A stretch of 41,413 nt of DNA, from positions 1-41,413 of the IMG/VR virus record IMGVR_UViG_3300017909_000863; one strand, given 5' to 3'. Below the pieces are notes generated by a model. That model made no database searches. It saw nothing but the letters and a program-made list of their open reading frames with translations, and had not been told where the DNA came from. How positions within the stretch are numbered: position 1 is the first letter of the stretch; every line of letters begins with the position of its first letter. Origin of the DNA: a virus. Its lineage: Duplodnaviria > Caudoviricetes. This document shows, piece after piece, positions 1 through 8,375 of the stretch. Both the position numbers and the translations under genes were made by a program.

Positions 1-162
1 TACATCATCTTTATTATCTAAAGCATCAGTTAATTCAGCAATTTCTTCCATAAGGAAGTCAACACGCCAATTACCGAAGTTATAGTTCATTGACTTAATT
101 CCTTTACCTTGATTAAATTTAAACTTTTTATGAAAAGCATCAATATCTTTATATTGGCTCAT
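1..162 (-). CDS. MazG-like/PRA-PH all-alpha NTP pyrophosphohydrolase, N-terminal part (truncated by window edge; not in ORF track)
   Basis: Manual translation MSQYKDIDAFHKKFKF...WRVDFLMEEIAELTDALDNKDDV. 'FH.KF' followed by an EExxEL helix is typical of this family. Its ATG overlaps the upstream TGA (ATGA at 159-162). Confidence 0.7.
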   Translation of the reverse strand, partial: MSQYKDIDAFHKKFKFNQGKGIKSMNYNFGNWRVDFLMEEIAELTDALDNKDDV

Positions 163-1208
163 GCAAATAAATCCTCCATAGCAGGTGGCTTTGTATAATC
201 CACTAGCTGTACATCTTCTTTCGCTTCTTCATTTGAAGCAATTGAATTCTTTACTACTCTCGCAACAAACTCACCAACTGGCGGCATTACTGATCGTGCG
301 ATTAATGATCCCCAACCAGACGGAGGACCGGCCCATTTATAGTCTTGTGGATAGCCAGAGAAGTGCGCTAATTCTTTATGGCCTAATAATCTATTTTCCG
401 TAGGGTGAATATAAAACCCTCCTGCGATAACTCCTGCAGGTTTATTATCTCTTAATCTCCATTTCATAAATTGAGGTCTACCTTTAACTCCTCTTCTTCC
501 TTTTTCAGATCGCACCCAAGTTTCAGGTGGATTTAATTTTTCCCACACAGTTCTTAACTGTTCTCCTTGACCACATTGAGAAACTAATTCTTCTTCAGTT
601 TTTGTAAACGAATTACAATGACCAGGATCAGGTACCTCTGATAAAACTTCTGCGATAGTAGGAGCAGGGTTCCAATTCAATCGAGGAAAAGATAGGCCTC
701 CTTTATGCGCCATAAAAAAGAATCTTCTTCTACTATGATTTAAATTTGTGTATTGACCATCTACTAAAAAATGAGTAACATTATATCCAGCTTTTATTGC
801 TTTCTCTGTAAAACTTTCAATCATAGGTCGACCTCCTGTTTTAGCAAATACTCTAGGAACGGACTCAATCGCTAAAGCTTTTGGCTGTAAGTCATTAAGG
901 AGTGAAAAGACATGAGACCATGCTTCAATGCGAGGATCATCTCGCCAGTCTAGATCTTTGCGACCACCCGTTCCTAGTGTCGACCAAGGAGCACACGGAG
1001 GATTGCCGTAAACGAAGTCCACTTTACCCTCGAAATCTTTAACCGGCCAGTTAGAAGGTCCAGAAAAAACTGGTATATTCGGTCTATTTAAAGCAAATGT
1101 ATCAGCGCCGTAAGCACCATCACCTTCAAAATGTGCTAGTACATTAAAATGCTTCTCTACTCCGAGAGTAAAACCACCAGCAAAAATGTGGCTTCCGATT
1201 GCGTTCAT
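159..1208 (-). CDS. Atypical DNA cytosine-C5 methyltransferase-fold enzyme (possible carboxymethyltransferase)
   Basis: C5-MTase motifs in the usual order: I-like HIFAGGF, IV GNPPCAPWS (Cys72), VI IESV, VIII HSRRRFF, IX RLLGHKELAHFSGYP, X-like LIARSVMPPV. AAAGGAG RBS upstream. Confidence 0.9.
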   Translation of the reverse strand: MNAIGSHIFAGGFTLGVEKHFNVLAHFEGDGAYGADTFALNRPNIPVFSGPSNWPVKDFEGKVDFVYGNPPCAPWSTLGTGGRKDLDWRDDPRIEAWSHVFSLLNDLQPKALAIESVPRVFAKTGGRPMIESFTEKAIKAGYNVTHFLVDGQYTNLNHSRRRFFFMAHKGGLSFPRLNWNPAPTIAEVLSEVPDPGHCNSFTKTEEELVSQCGQGEQLRTVWEKLNPPETWVRSEKGRRGVKGRPQFMKWRLRDNKPAGVIAGGFYIHPTENRLLGHKELAHFSGYPQDYKWAGPPSGWGSLIARSVMPPVGEFVARVVKNSIASNEEAKEDVQLVDYTKPPAMEDLFA

Positions 1209-1254
1209 ATTATATGCTCCTTTCTACTTAAAATAATAATAACTTATTTTCATA

Positions 1255-1911
1255 TTAAAACAAAGATTTTTCTAAAGTTTTTTGTGCCATATAGTAATAC
1301 CACTTTTCTGAATACTCATCTTTACCTGGTTGTTTTAATTTCATATCAATCGCTCCAAATTTTAAAATTTTAAATCCTGAACGAAGTAATAAACTTGCCC
1401 ACATTTCTTTCGGAAGAACAGAATAGTGATTCTGTTTATGTTCTTGAATTGCTGGTTGATCTGGTGCTGGCATTTCTAAATAAAGAAAGCCTCCTATTTT
1501 CATAATGCGATTAAATTCTAAAAATGTTAAATAAGGAAAAGGACTATGCTCAATACAATGACGACACCATATATGATCCGTATAATTACTATCTAATCCT
1601 GTAAATGTAATATCGGCTGTACGATAAGGTGTATCTGTCTTGATTAAGTTCTCAATATCTTTTTCAGCTTTTGTAATTCCTAATGTATTAGAATATCCTT
1701 TCTCATGTAAATACTGTTGAAATAATCCAAAACCGCATCCTACGTCAACGATTTTATCTTCTTTCATAATATTCAAATCAGCTAAAAATAAATCAGCTTG
1801 TTGCTTTAATACGCTATCGTGCATGTTAGAGTAGGGTTCTTCGTAAATTTCAGAATCACACCTTTCTAGAAATAAATCCATTATTTCTTTATTTGTTTTC
1901 ATCATCATCAT
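1255..1911 (-). CDS. Class I SAM-dependent methyltransferase (Methyltransf_11-like)
   Basis: VDVGCGFG motif I; HCIEH...EFNRIMKIGGFLYLEMP matches the HxLEH...L.PGG pattern. Confidence 0.85.
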   Translation of the reverse strand: MMMMKTNKEIMDLFLERCDSEIYEEPYSNMHDSVLKQQADLFLADLNIMKEDKIVDVGCGFGLFQQYLHEKGYSNTLGITKAEKDIENLIKTDTPYRTADITFTGLDSNYTDHIWCRHCIEHSPFPYLTFLEFNRIMKIGGFLYLEMPAPDQPAIQEHKQNHYSVLPKEMWASLLLRSGFKILKFGAIDMKLKQPGKDEYSEKWYYYMAQKTLEKSLF

Positions 1912-3422
1912 ATCGGGTAACTATATAATCCTTGTGGGTTCACTATAAATAAGTTATTCTTTGCTCTCGTAATTCCTACATAAAAGACACGATGTTCATC
2001 GTCAGATTGATCATTTATGTTTTTCCATGTAGCATAAGATACATCGGTGAGTAACATAACATTGTCAGCTTCAGCACCTTTACTTCCATGTATTGTACTT
2101 AATCGTATTCTAGGTTCATTATAAAATAAGTCCCCTGTCTTTTCTAAAGCTTGATAATAATATTTATCATCATCAGGAATTAGAGTCAAAGCTTCTTCCC
2201 ACTTACCCATTGCGATAAGTCCGTGATTATCTCTTAGTTCTTTGTATGTGTAAGTTTTCTCTTTATCTAAACTATTTCCGTTTTTAAATCCTCTTTTAAC
2301 GCCTTCAGCTGTTCTCATACAGCTATAAAGCTTCATAATTGAATCGTAAGGCACTTCTTTTCCTTTAACTAGATCTAACCAAGTTCTAATTGCTACAACG
2401 TGTTTATTCGCTTTAAATCCGCCAAACTTTCTTTCAAAGACATATCCTTTCTGCTTTAGATATTTTTCAATCGGATATAATTGATAGTTGTTTCTAGCTA
2501 AGATAAGCCAACTTCCGTCTGACATATCAGCATATTCATATGATTCAATATAATTTACTGATCCCTGTTCCTCTGAACTAGACCAATCTTTATCGTATCT
2601 ATTAATAATTCTTTTCGTTACTTGATTCGCTAAATCAAAAACACGCTTTTTTAATCGATAAGTAAACGGCAGTATTCTAATCTCACCATCAAGACTGAGA
2701 AATGTATCTACATCAGCACCTGCCCATTTGTAGATTGCTTGATCGTCATCTCCTGCAATATAGATAGTCTTGACGGAATGAGATAGTTTATCAATTACTT
2801 TCCACTGTAGCTTTGTTAAGTCTTGTGCTTCGTCAACAAATAAAATATCTATATCAGGAGTGTATTCAGATTCGAGAAACGAACTTAACATATCGGTAAA
2901 GTCAAGAAGATTTCTTTTTAATTTAAAATCAACAAGAGTATCAGAGAATAGTTTCTGCTCTTCCCATGAATAATCACACTTTAATTCTCTCCATGTATCT
3001 TTTAACGGGCACATCTTTGCCCTAGCTAACTGATCGCAGAATAACATACGATCTCCTAAACTAGCACCATTAGATACAATCTGTTCTTCGTCAACATCAC
3101 CGGTCATATCGATTCGAAGTATCTTTTTAAATTCCGTGACGTGTAAACCTTTAAATATTCTTTCACTATTGAGACCGAGAGATCTAAAACATAAGCTATG
3201 AAGTGTTCTAAAATAGTCTAATTGATCTTTATCAATCTCTTTAAACTTCTCTAATGTTCTATCTCTCGCCTCTTTAATCGCTCTGCGTGTAAATGATACA
3301 AAGCCAATACGTTCTGGTAATATACCACTTTCTATTTCTTCTTCTAAAATATTTAATAGTGTAGTGGTTTTACCCGTACCAGGTGGACCTAGAATAATTT
3401 TAGTTTTGTCTTTCGAGAGCAT
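1908..3422 (-). CDS. UvrD/Rep-family SF1 DNA helicase
   Basis: GPPGTGKTT, RTLHSL, VDEAQD, GDDDQAIYKWAGAD, STIHGSKGAEAD, RVFYVGITRAK. Confidence 0.95.
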   Translation of the reverse strand: MLSKDKTKIILGPPGTGKTTTLLNILEEEIESGILPERIGFVSFTRRAIKEARDRTLEKFKEIDKDQLDYFRTLHSLCFRSLGLNSERIFKGLHVTEFKKILRIDMTGDVDEEQIVSNGASLGDRMLFCDQLARAKMCPLKDTWRELKCDYSWEEQKLFSDTLVDFKLKRNLLDFTDMLSSFLESEYTPDIDILFVDEAQDLTKLQWKVIDKLSHSVKTIYIAGDDDQAIYKWAGADVDTFLSLDGEIRILPFTYRLKKRVFDLANQVTKRIINRYDKDWSSSEEQGSVNYIESYEYADMSDGSWLILARNNYQLYPIEKYLKQKGYVFERKFGGFKANKHVVAIRTWLDLVKGKEVPYDSIMKLYSCMRTAEGVKRGFKNGNSLDKEKTYTYKELRDNHGLIAMGKWEEALTLIPDDDKYYYQALEKTGDLFYNEPRIRLSTIHGSKGAEADNVMLLTDVSYATWKNINDQSDDEHRVFYVGITRAKNNLFIVNPQGLYSYPI

Positions 3423-4356
3423 ACTTAAAATATTCTATAGTGTCGTCTAATCCTTGATTTAATTTTACTTTAGGAGTCCAGTCTAAATAATGTTGAATTT
3501 TATCTATATTAGGTTTTCGATGCATAGGATCATCTGGTGAAGGAGCATCATTTTTCCAACCAGGTGCGTCAGTCTTTTCAGCAATTACTTCTGCTATCTC
3601 TACAATGGAATGACGATCAGGGTTTCCTACGTTAAATATTTCTTTATAGTCGCTTTCACAAATTTTAATTAAACCTTCTATTGTATCATCAACATAACAA
3701 AAAGATCTAGATTGAAAACCACCGCCATATATGATAAGATGGTTACCCTGTAAACCTTGAGTAATAAAATTCGATATTACTCTACCATCATTAATCGCCA
3801 TATAAGGACCGTAAGTATTAAAGATTCTTGCGATTCCTATATTCGATTTTAATTTATTAATTGCTTCATAAATTAAAGCTTCCGCAACTCTTTTACCTTC
3901 ATCATAACAAGCACGTGGTCCGAAAGAATTTACATTTCCCCAATACGTTTCTTTCTGATCATCTACTTCAGGATCTCCATATACTTCACTTGTAGAAGTA
4001 TGAAGCATACGAATATTTCCTTGCTCTAACGCATACTGAATCATGTTTTTAGTTCCGTTATAGCAAGCTTCTAAAGTTTGAAATGCGTGAGTTTTATAAT
4101 GATCTGGTGAAGCAGGACAAGCTAAGTTATAGATGTAATGTATTCTTTTTTTATTGTGATCTCGAAGAAGCATTGATAGATCGTCTTTAACGATATCAGC
4201 TTCATAAAAACTGTAATTATCTTCATCTAAGATATTAGATTCACTTCCTGTTAAATGATTATCAACACCAATAACTTGATGTCCTTGTTCCAATAACTTC
4301 TCACATAGATTTCTTCCTAGAAATCCTGTTGCTCCGGTTACAACGATGCGTTTCAT
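3400..4356 (-). CDS. UDP-glucuronate decarboxylase (UDP-xylose synthase)-like extended SDR
   Basis: VTGATGFLG, LACPASP, TSTSEVYGDP, YWGNVNSFGPRACYDEGKR (YxxxK), RIFNTYGP, DGRVISNF, QSRSFCYVDD: UXS-type signatures. Confidence 0.9.
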   Translation of the reverse strand: MKRIVVTGATGFLGRNLCEKLLEQGHQVIGVDNHLTGSESNILDEDNYSFYEADIVKDDLSMLLRDHNKKRIHYIYNLACPASPDHYKTHAFQTLEACYNGTKNMIQYALEQGNIRMLHTSTSEVYGDPEVDDQKETYWGNVNSFGPRACYDEGKRVAEALIYEAINKLKSNIGIARIFNTYGPYMAINDGRVISNFITQGLQGNHLIIYGGGFQSRSFCYVDDTIEGLIKICESDYKEIFNVGNPDRHSIVEIAEVIAEKTDAPGWKNDAPSPDDPMHRKPNIDKIQHYLDWTPKVKLNQGLDDTIEYFKYALERQN

Positions 4357-5135
4357 TTTTCTGCCATTCTCCTTATAATGTTCATTTGTTTATCGGAGAT
4401 CATAACTTTCTCTTTGTATTTCTCTATTCTTTCTTCTTGATCTTTGAGAAAATTACTCTCCCAATCGCTTATATTATCTCTATTTATAGATGAAATTAAA
4501 CCGATTAATTCTTCATAGTCGTCATTATTCATTACTTTTAACAGCTTTTTAGGAAGCTGTCGTGGTTGTTTTAACTCAATTCCTTTATTCTTTAGATGAA
4601 AATAAACAATTCTACATACTTGAACATCAGCTAAAGCATCGTGCCAATCGAAATATCCTACATTAAAAAAGTGTTCATACGTTTCAATTAACTTAGGAAA
4701 TTTATAATCATCAAAATCGCTTTCTAATTTTAAAATATCTTTTGTACTCATCATAGTACAATGCAAGTCTTTTGGTTGTCGAAAGGATTTCTTTAAGTAA
4801 TGAAAATCTCTTGCAATTATTTGCAAGTCAAAAGCTAGGTTATGTGCGATAAGTGTATGAGCCGAAGCCGCCATAGAATTAAACACAGAGAGGGCACTAA
4901 TAAGAGGTACACCATGAGTAGCTGCCTTCTCATTGGAGATTCCATGAACATCCTCAGCATCTTTAGGAATAGTCCAACCCTCTGGTCGAATAAGCATTGA
5001 ATATTGGTTAACAACTTTTTCATTTTCATCTACTAACTGTGCAGCTATTTGTACTAGATGTGGTTGTTTTGGATCAGTGGCTTCTAGATCACGGCGCCAC
5101 AAGCCGTTCGTTTCGGTGTCGAAAAATAAATACAA
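4353..5135 (-). CDS. DEDDh 3'-5' exonuclease (DnaQ-like) with extra C-terminal helical domain
   Basis: ExoI FFDTETNG, ExoII IAHNLAFD, ExoIII HDALADV. TTG start behind AGGAAAGG. Confidence 0.9.
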   Translation of the reverse strand: MYLFFDTETNGLWRRDLEATDPKQPHLVQIAAQLVDENEKVVNQYSMLIRPEGWTIPKDAEDVHGISNEKAATHGVPLISALSVFNSMAASAHTLIAHNLAFDLQIIARDFHYLKKSFRQPKDLHCTMMSTKDILKLESDFDDYKFPKLIETYEHFFNVGYFDWHDALADVQVCRIVYFHLKNKGIELKQPRQLPKKLLKVMNNDDYEELIGLISSINRDNISDWESNFLKDQEERIEKYKEKVMISDKQMNIIRRMAEK

Positions 5136-5150
5136 AACATATCCTTTCCT

Positions 5151-5237
5151 TTATAAACACTCGCAATCTTCGTCAATATCTAATTGACAAATAGGACAGA
5201 TATTAGGATCCAATTCCCCAATATCGAGAGTGTTCAT
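5151..5237 (-). CDS. 28-aa acidic peptide with CxxC...CxC (below ORF-track cutoff)
   Basis: MNTLDIGELDPNICPICQLDIDEDCECL; fills the gap between co-oriented genes. Confidence 0.4.
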   Translation of the reverse strand: MNTLDIGELDPNICPICQLDIDEDCECL

Positions 5238-5242
5238 CTTCT

Positions 5243-5374
5243 TTATTTCTTTGTAGAAGTTGCTTTAGCCCTTTGAAAAGCTTTTTTAGTCGGTGCACCT
5301 TTCGCTCCTTTTTTTCTCATCTTTTCTCCACGCTTTCTTTTAGCATGAATATTAGCCCATAAACCTCTTCTCAT
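5243..5374 (-). CDS. 43-aa very basic protein (below ORF-track cutoff)
   Basis: MRRGLWANIHAKRKRGEKMRKKGAKGAPTKKAFQRAKATSTKK; ATGA coupling to the upstream ORF. 'GL(W/Y)ANIHAKRKR...GAPT' resembles a recurring small marine-phage protein (recalled). Confidence 0.75.
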   Translation of the reverse strand: MRRGLWANIHAKRKRGEKMRKKGAKGAPTKKAFQRAKATSTKK

Positions 5375-5517
5375 GATTTTAAATCTAACGATACTCCTGT
5401 TACTTGTACAGTAGCATCTTTTGGTGGCTGACAGTCTTTACAATTACAAACTGCACATTCGCACATACAAGTCGTATCTTTATGACAAAGACAATCGCAT
5501 TTGTTACATTTTTCCAT
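5371..5517 (-). CDS. 48-aa cysteine-rich, metallothionein-like protein (below ORF-track cutoff)
   Basis: MEKCNKCDCLCHKDTTCMCECAVCNCKDCQPPKDATVQVTGVSLDLKS: 10 Cys in the first 29 aa. TAATG coupling to the primase stop. Confidence 0.65.
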   Translation of the reverse strand: MEKCNKCDCLCHKDTTCMCECAVCNCKDCQPPKDATVQVTGVSLDLKS

Positions 5518-7031
5518 TAAAAAGATATCTCCTCTTCTTCATTTTTTATTTCAGGCTTCGTAAACTCCTCTTCCTGTCGTTCAAACTTAGCCATTGACCA
5601 GAGATTAACGTGTTTTCCTTTAATCTTTTTAGTCATATGCTCAGCACCAAACTCTTTTAAATGAGCAGTTACTTCATGTAACTTAAATTCCTTGAACCTA
5701 TGTTTTTCTAGGAATTCCATAAAATCGTTAATTCTAAACATCGTTACGTTATCTTGCGTTACTGCATGACCTCGTAATAGATCTTCTACTATATCGGAAG
5801 AAGTGCTTCCTGTACAAAATCTTTCACATAATTCTAGTAATCTTCCTCTATTAGAACTGTCAGAATTTACTTCTACAATCTCCATTTTTTCCATTAATTC
5901 ATTAATAGTTTCAAGCCATAGTGGTTGTGCTACGATAGGCATTAAAGTATTCATGTTCTCGAATACAACCCTTTGAAAGTTCTTTTGATTAATAATCTCT
6001 AAGCTATCAATAGGTCCAATTCTCTGATCATTTACTGTAACAAAATAAGTAGGAGGATCTGTATTAATCTTAGTAATTCCACTAATCGCAGGTAAATTTC
6101 CATTATCACTAATACCGAATTTACAAGTCAAGCATACTGGTTTATTACAGAAAGCATTAATCGGTTGTTCAGAGCACATATAGTTGTATTCTTTCTTTTC
6201 TAAAGATTTAATTATTGTTTGAACTTCTTTAGATTTTAAAGGAGGTTCCATATAATTATGGTTATATTCCTCTATCTTTTCTTCCCATTCGTCAGGGTGT
6301 GCTTTCTTTAAATATACTCCTATATTATATAATGAATTATTTCTTGTACCCTCTGGGAATCCATGTTGAAGTAAATACTTTAAACAAGGTGGACCATCTG
6401 GTAATAATTTCTTATCTTGTTCTTTAAGTTGTGGAATTTTTATTTCATCAATACTGTTAATCTTTCGAATATCAGCTAATTTAAGAAAATCTTCAGGATT
6501 AGTAATATGTTCTCCATTATATACGGCATATCTTGTAGAACGTTTACCACCAAAGTATGGCATATTAATCCAGTTTCCTACATCTCCTCGATCAGTAACT
6601 AGCTTTATTTGTTTAGGAAATATCTCTGCGCTAGGTTTTCCTAATGCTGATGTAATTTCTCTAAGTTTATTAACTACTAGTTTCGCTGATGTTGCTTTTT
6701 TAAAGAAAATATAAAGGTGTATTCCACCAGATTTAGTTAAACAAGGTATAAAAGGGGATGTTCCTAGGCTCTTTGATAATGTATCTACGTCTAAATCGTA
6801 TTCATCAATATCAATCGCTCCCCATAAAACTTTTGCATCGTCACGAATAGGAACTACACCAAGTCCTTGCATACCTAATAAGTGTAGTTCCCATTGCTTT
6901 AACGTTAGCTTTTCAGCTATTGTTCTTGCTGTACCAGACCGCTTTACGCCAGATTGATCTGTATCTAAATCATATCTGCCGTAAGCACGGTCTAAACCAC
7001 TAAATAAATTATAAAAATTTTCGGCTAGCAT
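5517..7031 (-). CDS. Archaeo-eukaryotic-type primase with PriCT-like domain
   Basis: WGAIDID (DxD), TKSGGIHLY (SGxH), EIFPKQ...GNWINMPY, GPPCL...EGTRNNSL (PriCT), Cys cluster. No Walker A motif. Confidence 0.85.
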   Translation of the reverse strand: MLAENFYNLFSGLDRAYGRYDLDTDQSGVKRSGTARTIAEKLTLKQWELHLLGMQGLGVVPIRDDAKVLWGAIDIDEYDLDVDTLSKSLGTSPFIPCLTKSGGIHLYIFFKKATSAKLVVNKLREITSALGKPSAEIFPKQIKLVTDRGDVGNWINMPYFGGKRSTRYAVYNGEHITNPEDFLKLADIRKINSIDEIKIPQLKEQDKKLLPDGPPCLKYLLQHGFPEGTRNNSLYNIGVYLKKAHPDEWEEKIEEYNHNYMEPPLKSKEVQTIIKSLEKKEYNYMCSEQPINAFCNKPVCLTCKFGISDNGNLPAISGITKINTDPPTYFVTVNDQRIGPIDSLEIINQKNFQRVVFENMNTLMPIVAQPLWLETINELMEKMEIVEVNSDSSNRGRLLELCERFCTGSTSSDIVEDLLRGHAVTQDNVTMFRINDFMEFLEKHRFKEFKLHEVTAHLKEFGAEHMTKKIKGKHVNLWSMAKFERQEEEFTKPEIKNEEEEISF

Positions 7032-7789
7032 TAGAATGGGATGTCATCGCCATCTACTGCTGCAGCTTTTTTCTCACCTCTTTTAATAGATTCCGATAAA
7101 GCTTTCGCATCTTTATATAAATCTGCGTTAGTAATAGGTGATGGATCTCCTACGTTGTAAACGAACCATGAACCCTTATCATTATCTTTCTCTCTTGTAG
7201 AGATTTCCCATGCGTAATAGAATGTCGGAGGTTCGATCATTTTACCATTCACTACTTCTTTTTGTAGTTTCATTCTAGTTAACCAGTTTCTAGAAACGGA
7301 TAAAAGAGACCCTGTCATCGACATTACAGCAGGTTCGTAAGAACCATCTTCATTAACGACCATAACGTAATGGTCTGCTGTATCAGCAACTTCATTTCCA
7401 TTAGGAAGTACAAAGCGACCGTTCTCATTCTTCGTTAGATCGGAAGGTCGAGATTCATGTGTTTGAACTAAACCACCACCTTTCTCACGAGGAACCCATT
7501 CTACATAGGATTTCATAAACTCACAAGGAACAACTTTAATCGACCCTTTATATAGAGTATTAGTTACTGTATTAAAGACGTGTCCTTCTTCAGCACCTTC
7601 TATATATTTGTCGTCTTTCTTCTTCCTTTGAGGGCTTCCTGATTGAACAATAGCCAATCGTGGAATACTCATATCTTCAGTTTTTACATTCTGAAGTCCT
7701 TTACCAGCATCAGCTACGATTTGATCTGCTAATTCAGCTAATACTACGTTAGTTGCTTCTTTTTTAGCAACTTGTTTTTCTTCTGACAT
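7031..7789 (-). CDS. Putative single-stranded DNA-binding protein
   Basis: Acidic-aromatic C-terminal tail DGDDIPF; IPRL, YVEW.PR..GGG and N.KGSW motifs; lies next to the primase. Confidence 0.65.
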   Translation of the reverse strand: MSEEKQVAKKEATNVVLAELADQIVADAGKGLQNVKTEDMSIPRLAIVQSGSPQRKKKDDKYIEGAEEGHVFNTVTNTLYKGSIKVVPCEFMKSYVEWVPREKGGGLVQTHESRPSDLTKNENGRFVLPNGNEVADTADHYVMVVNEDGSYEPAVMSMTGSLLSVSRNWLTRMKLQKEVVNGKMIEPPTFYYAWEISTREKDNDKGSWFVYNVGDPSPITNADLYKDAKALSESIKRGEKKAAAVDGDDIPF

Positions 7790-7793
7790 ATCG

Positions 7794-8375
7794 TTATTTT
7801 TCTCCTTTCGATAATTTTACTTTCGCTAAAGGTGTTTCATACCAATTAAATAAATCTTCTGGTATATCTTCACCTTTATTTCGAAGATCTTTAAATGTAG
7901 CTTTTAAAGTTTGTGGGTGTACTGAAGCTTTTTCGTCATAACTATTCTGACCATTTTCCTTCAATACTCCTTTAATCTTCTCAGCTTCTTCATGCTCACC
8001 ACGAGCAAAGGATAAAACTATATCATGTTTAATGATATCTCCTAAACCTTGACTATCGAGCCAAAGTAAAGCTTCTTTTTCCTTTTCTTTTTTAATACTA
8101 GCATATAATTCATCTTTAATAGCAATTTCTGTGCCATCGTCCATAACGAATTTACTAATATTTAAAGACGCCATTACATCTGGTATTTCTTTTTCTTTAA
8201 CATCTTTAATTTCGTCATACGTTTGACTAGCTAAAGTTTTATACTCATCATATTGACGTTGTTTTTCTACGAGTTTACGACAAACTAAATTTAGTTTTCC
8301 TAACTTTTCATCTGTCGGTATCTCACGTTGTTGTTTAGCATCTTCTTCAAGACTACTAAATATCTCAGTTGACAT
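7794..8375 (-). CDS. Conserved phage replication-module protein
   Basis: Coiled-coil N-terminus, WL...GLGDIIK, VHPQTLKA. Start moved to ATG 8375, which has an AAGGAG RBS. Confidence 0.6.
   Translation of the reverse strand: MSTEIFSSLEEDAKQQREIPTDEKLGKLNLVCRKLVEKQRQYDEYKTLASQTYDEIKDVKEKEIPDVMASLNISKFVMDDGTEIAIKDELYASIKKEKEKEALLWLDSQGLGDIIKHDIVLSFARGEHEEAEKIKGVLKENGQNSYDEKASVHPQTLKATFKDLRNKGEDIPEDLFNWYETPLAKVKLSKGEK

Noticed and set aside
1255-1911. Calling the class I methyltransferase CmoA (carboxy-SAM synthase)
   Set aside because: Lacks the CmoA-like N-terminal F...VA..F.DM..RS.P.Y and DLGCS motifs; looks like a generic Methyltransf_11 protein.
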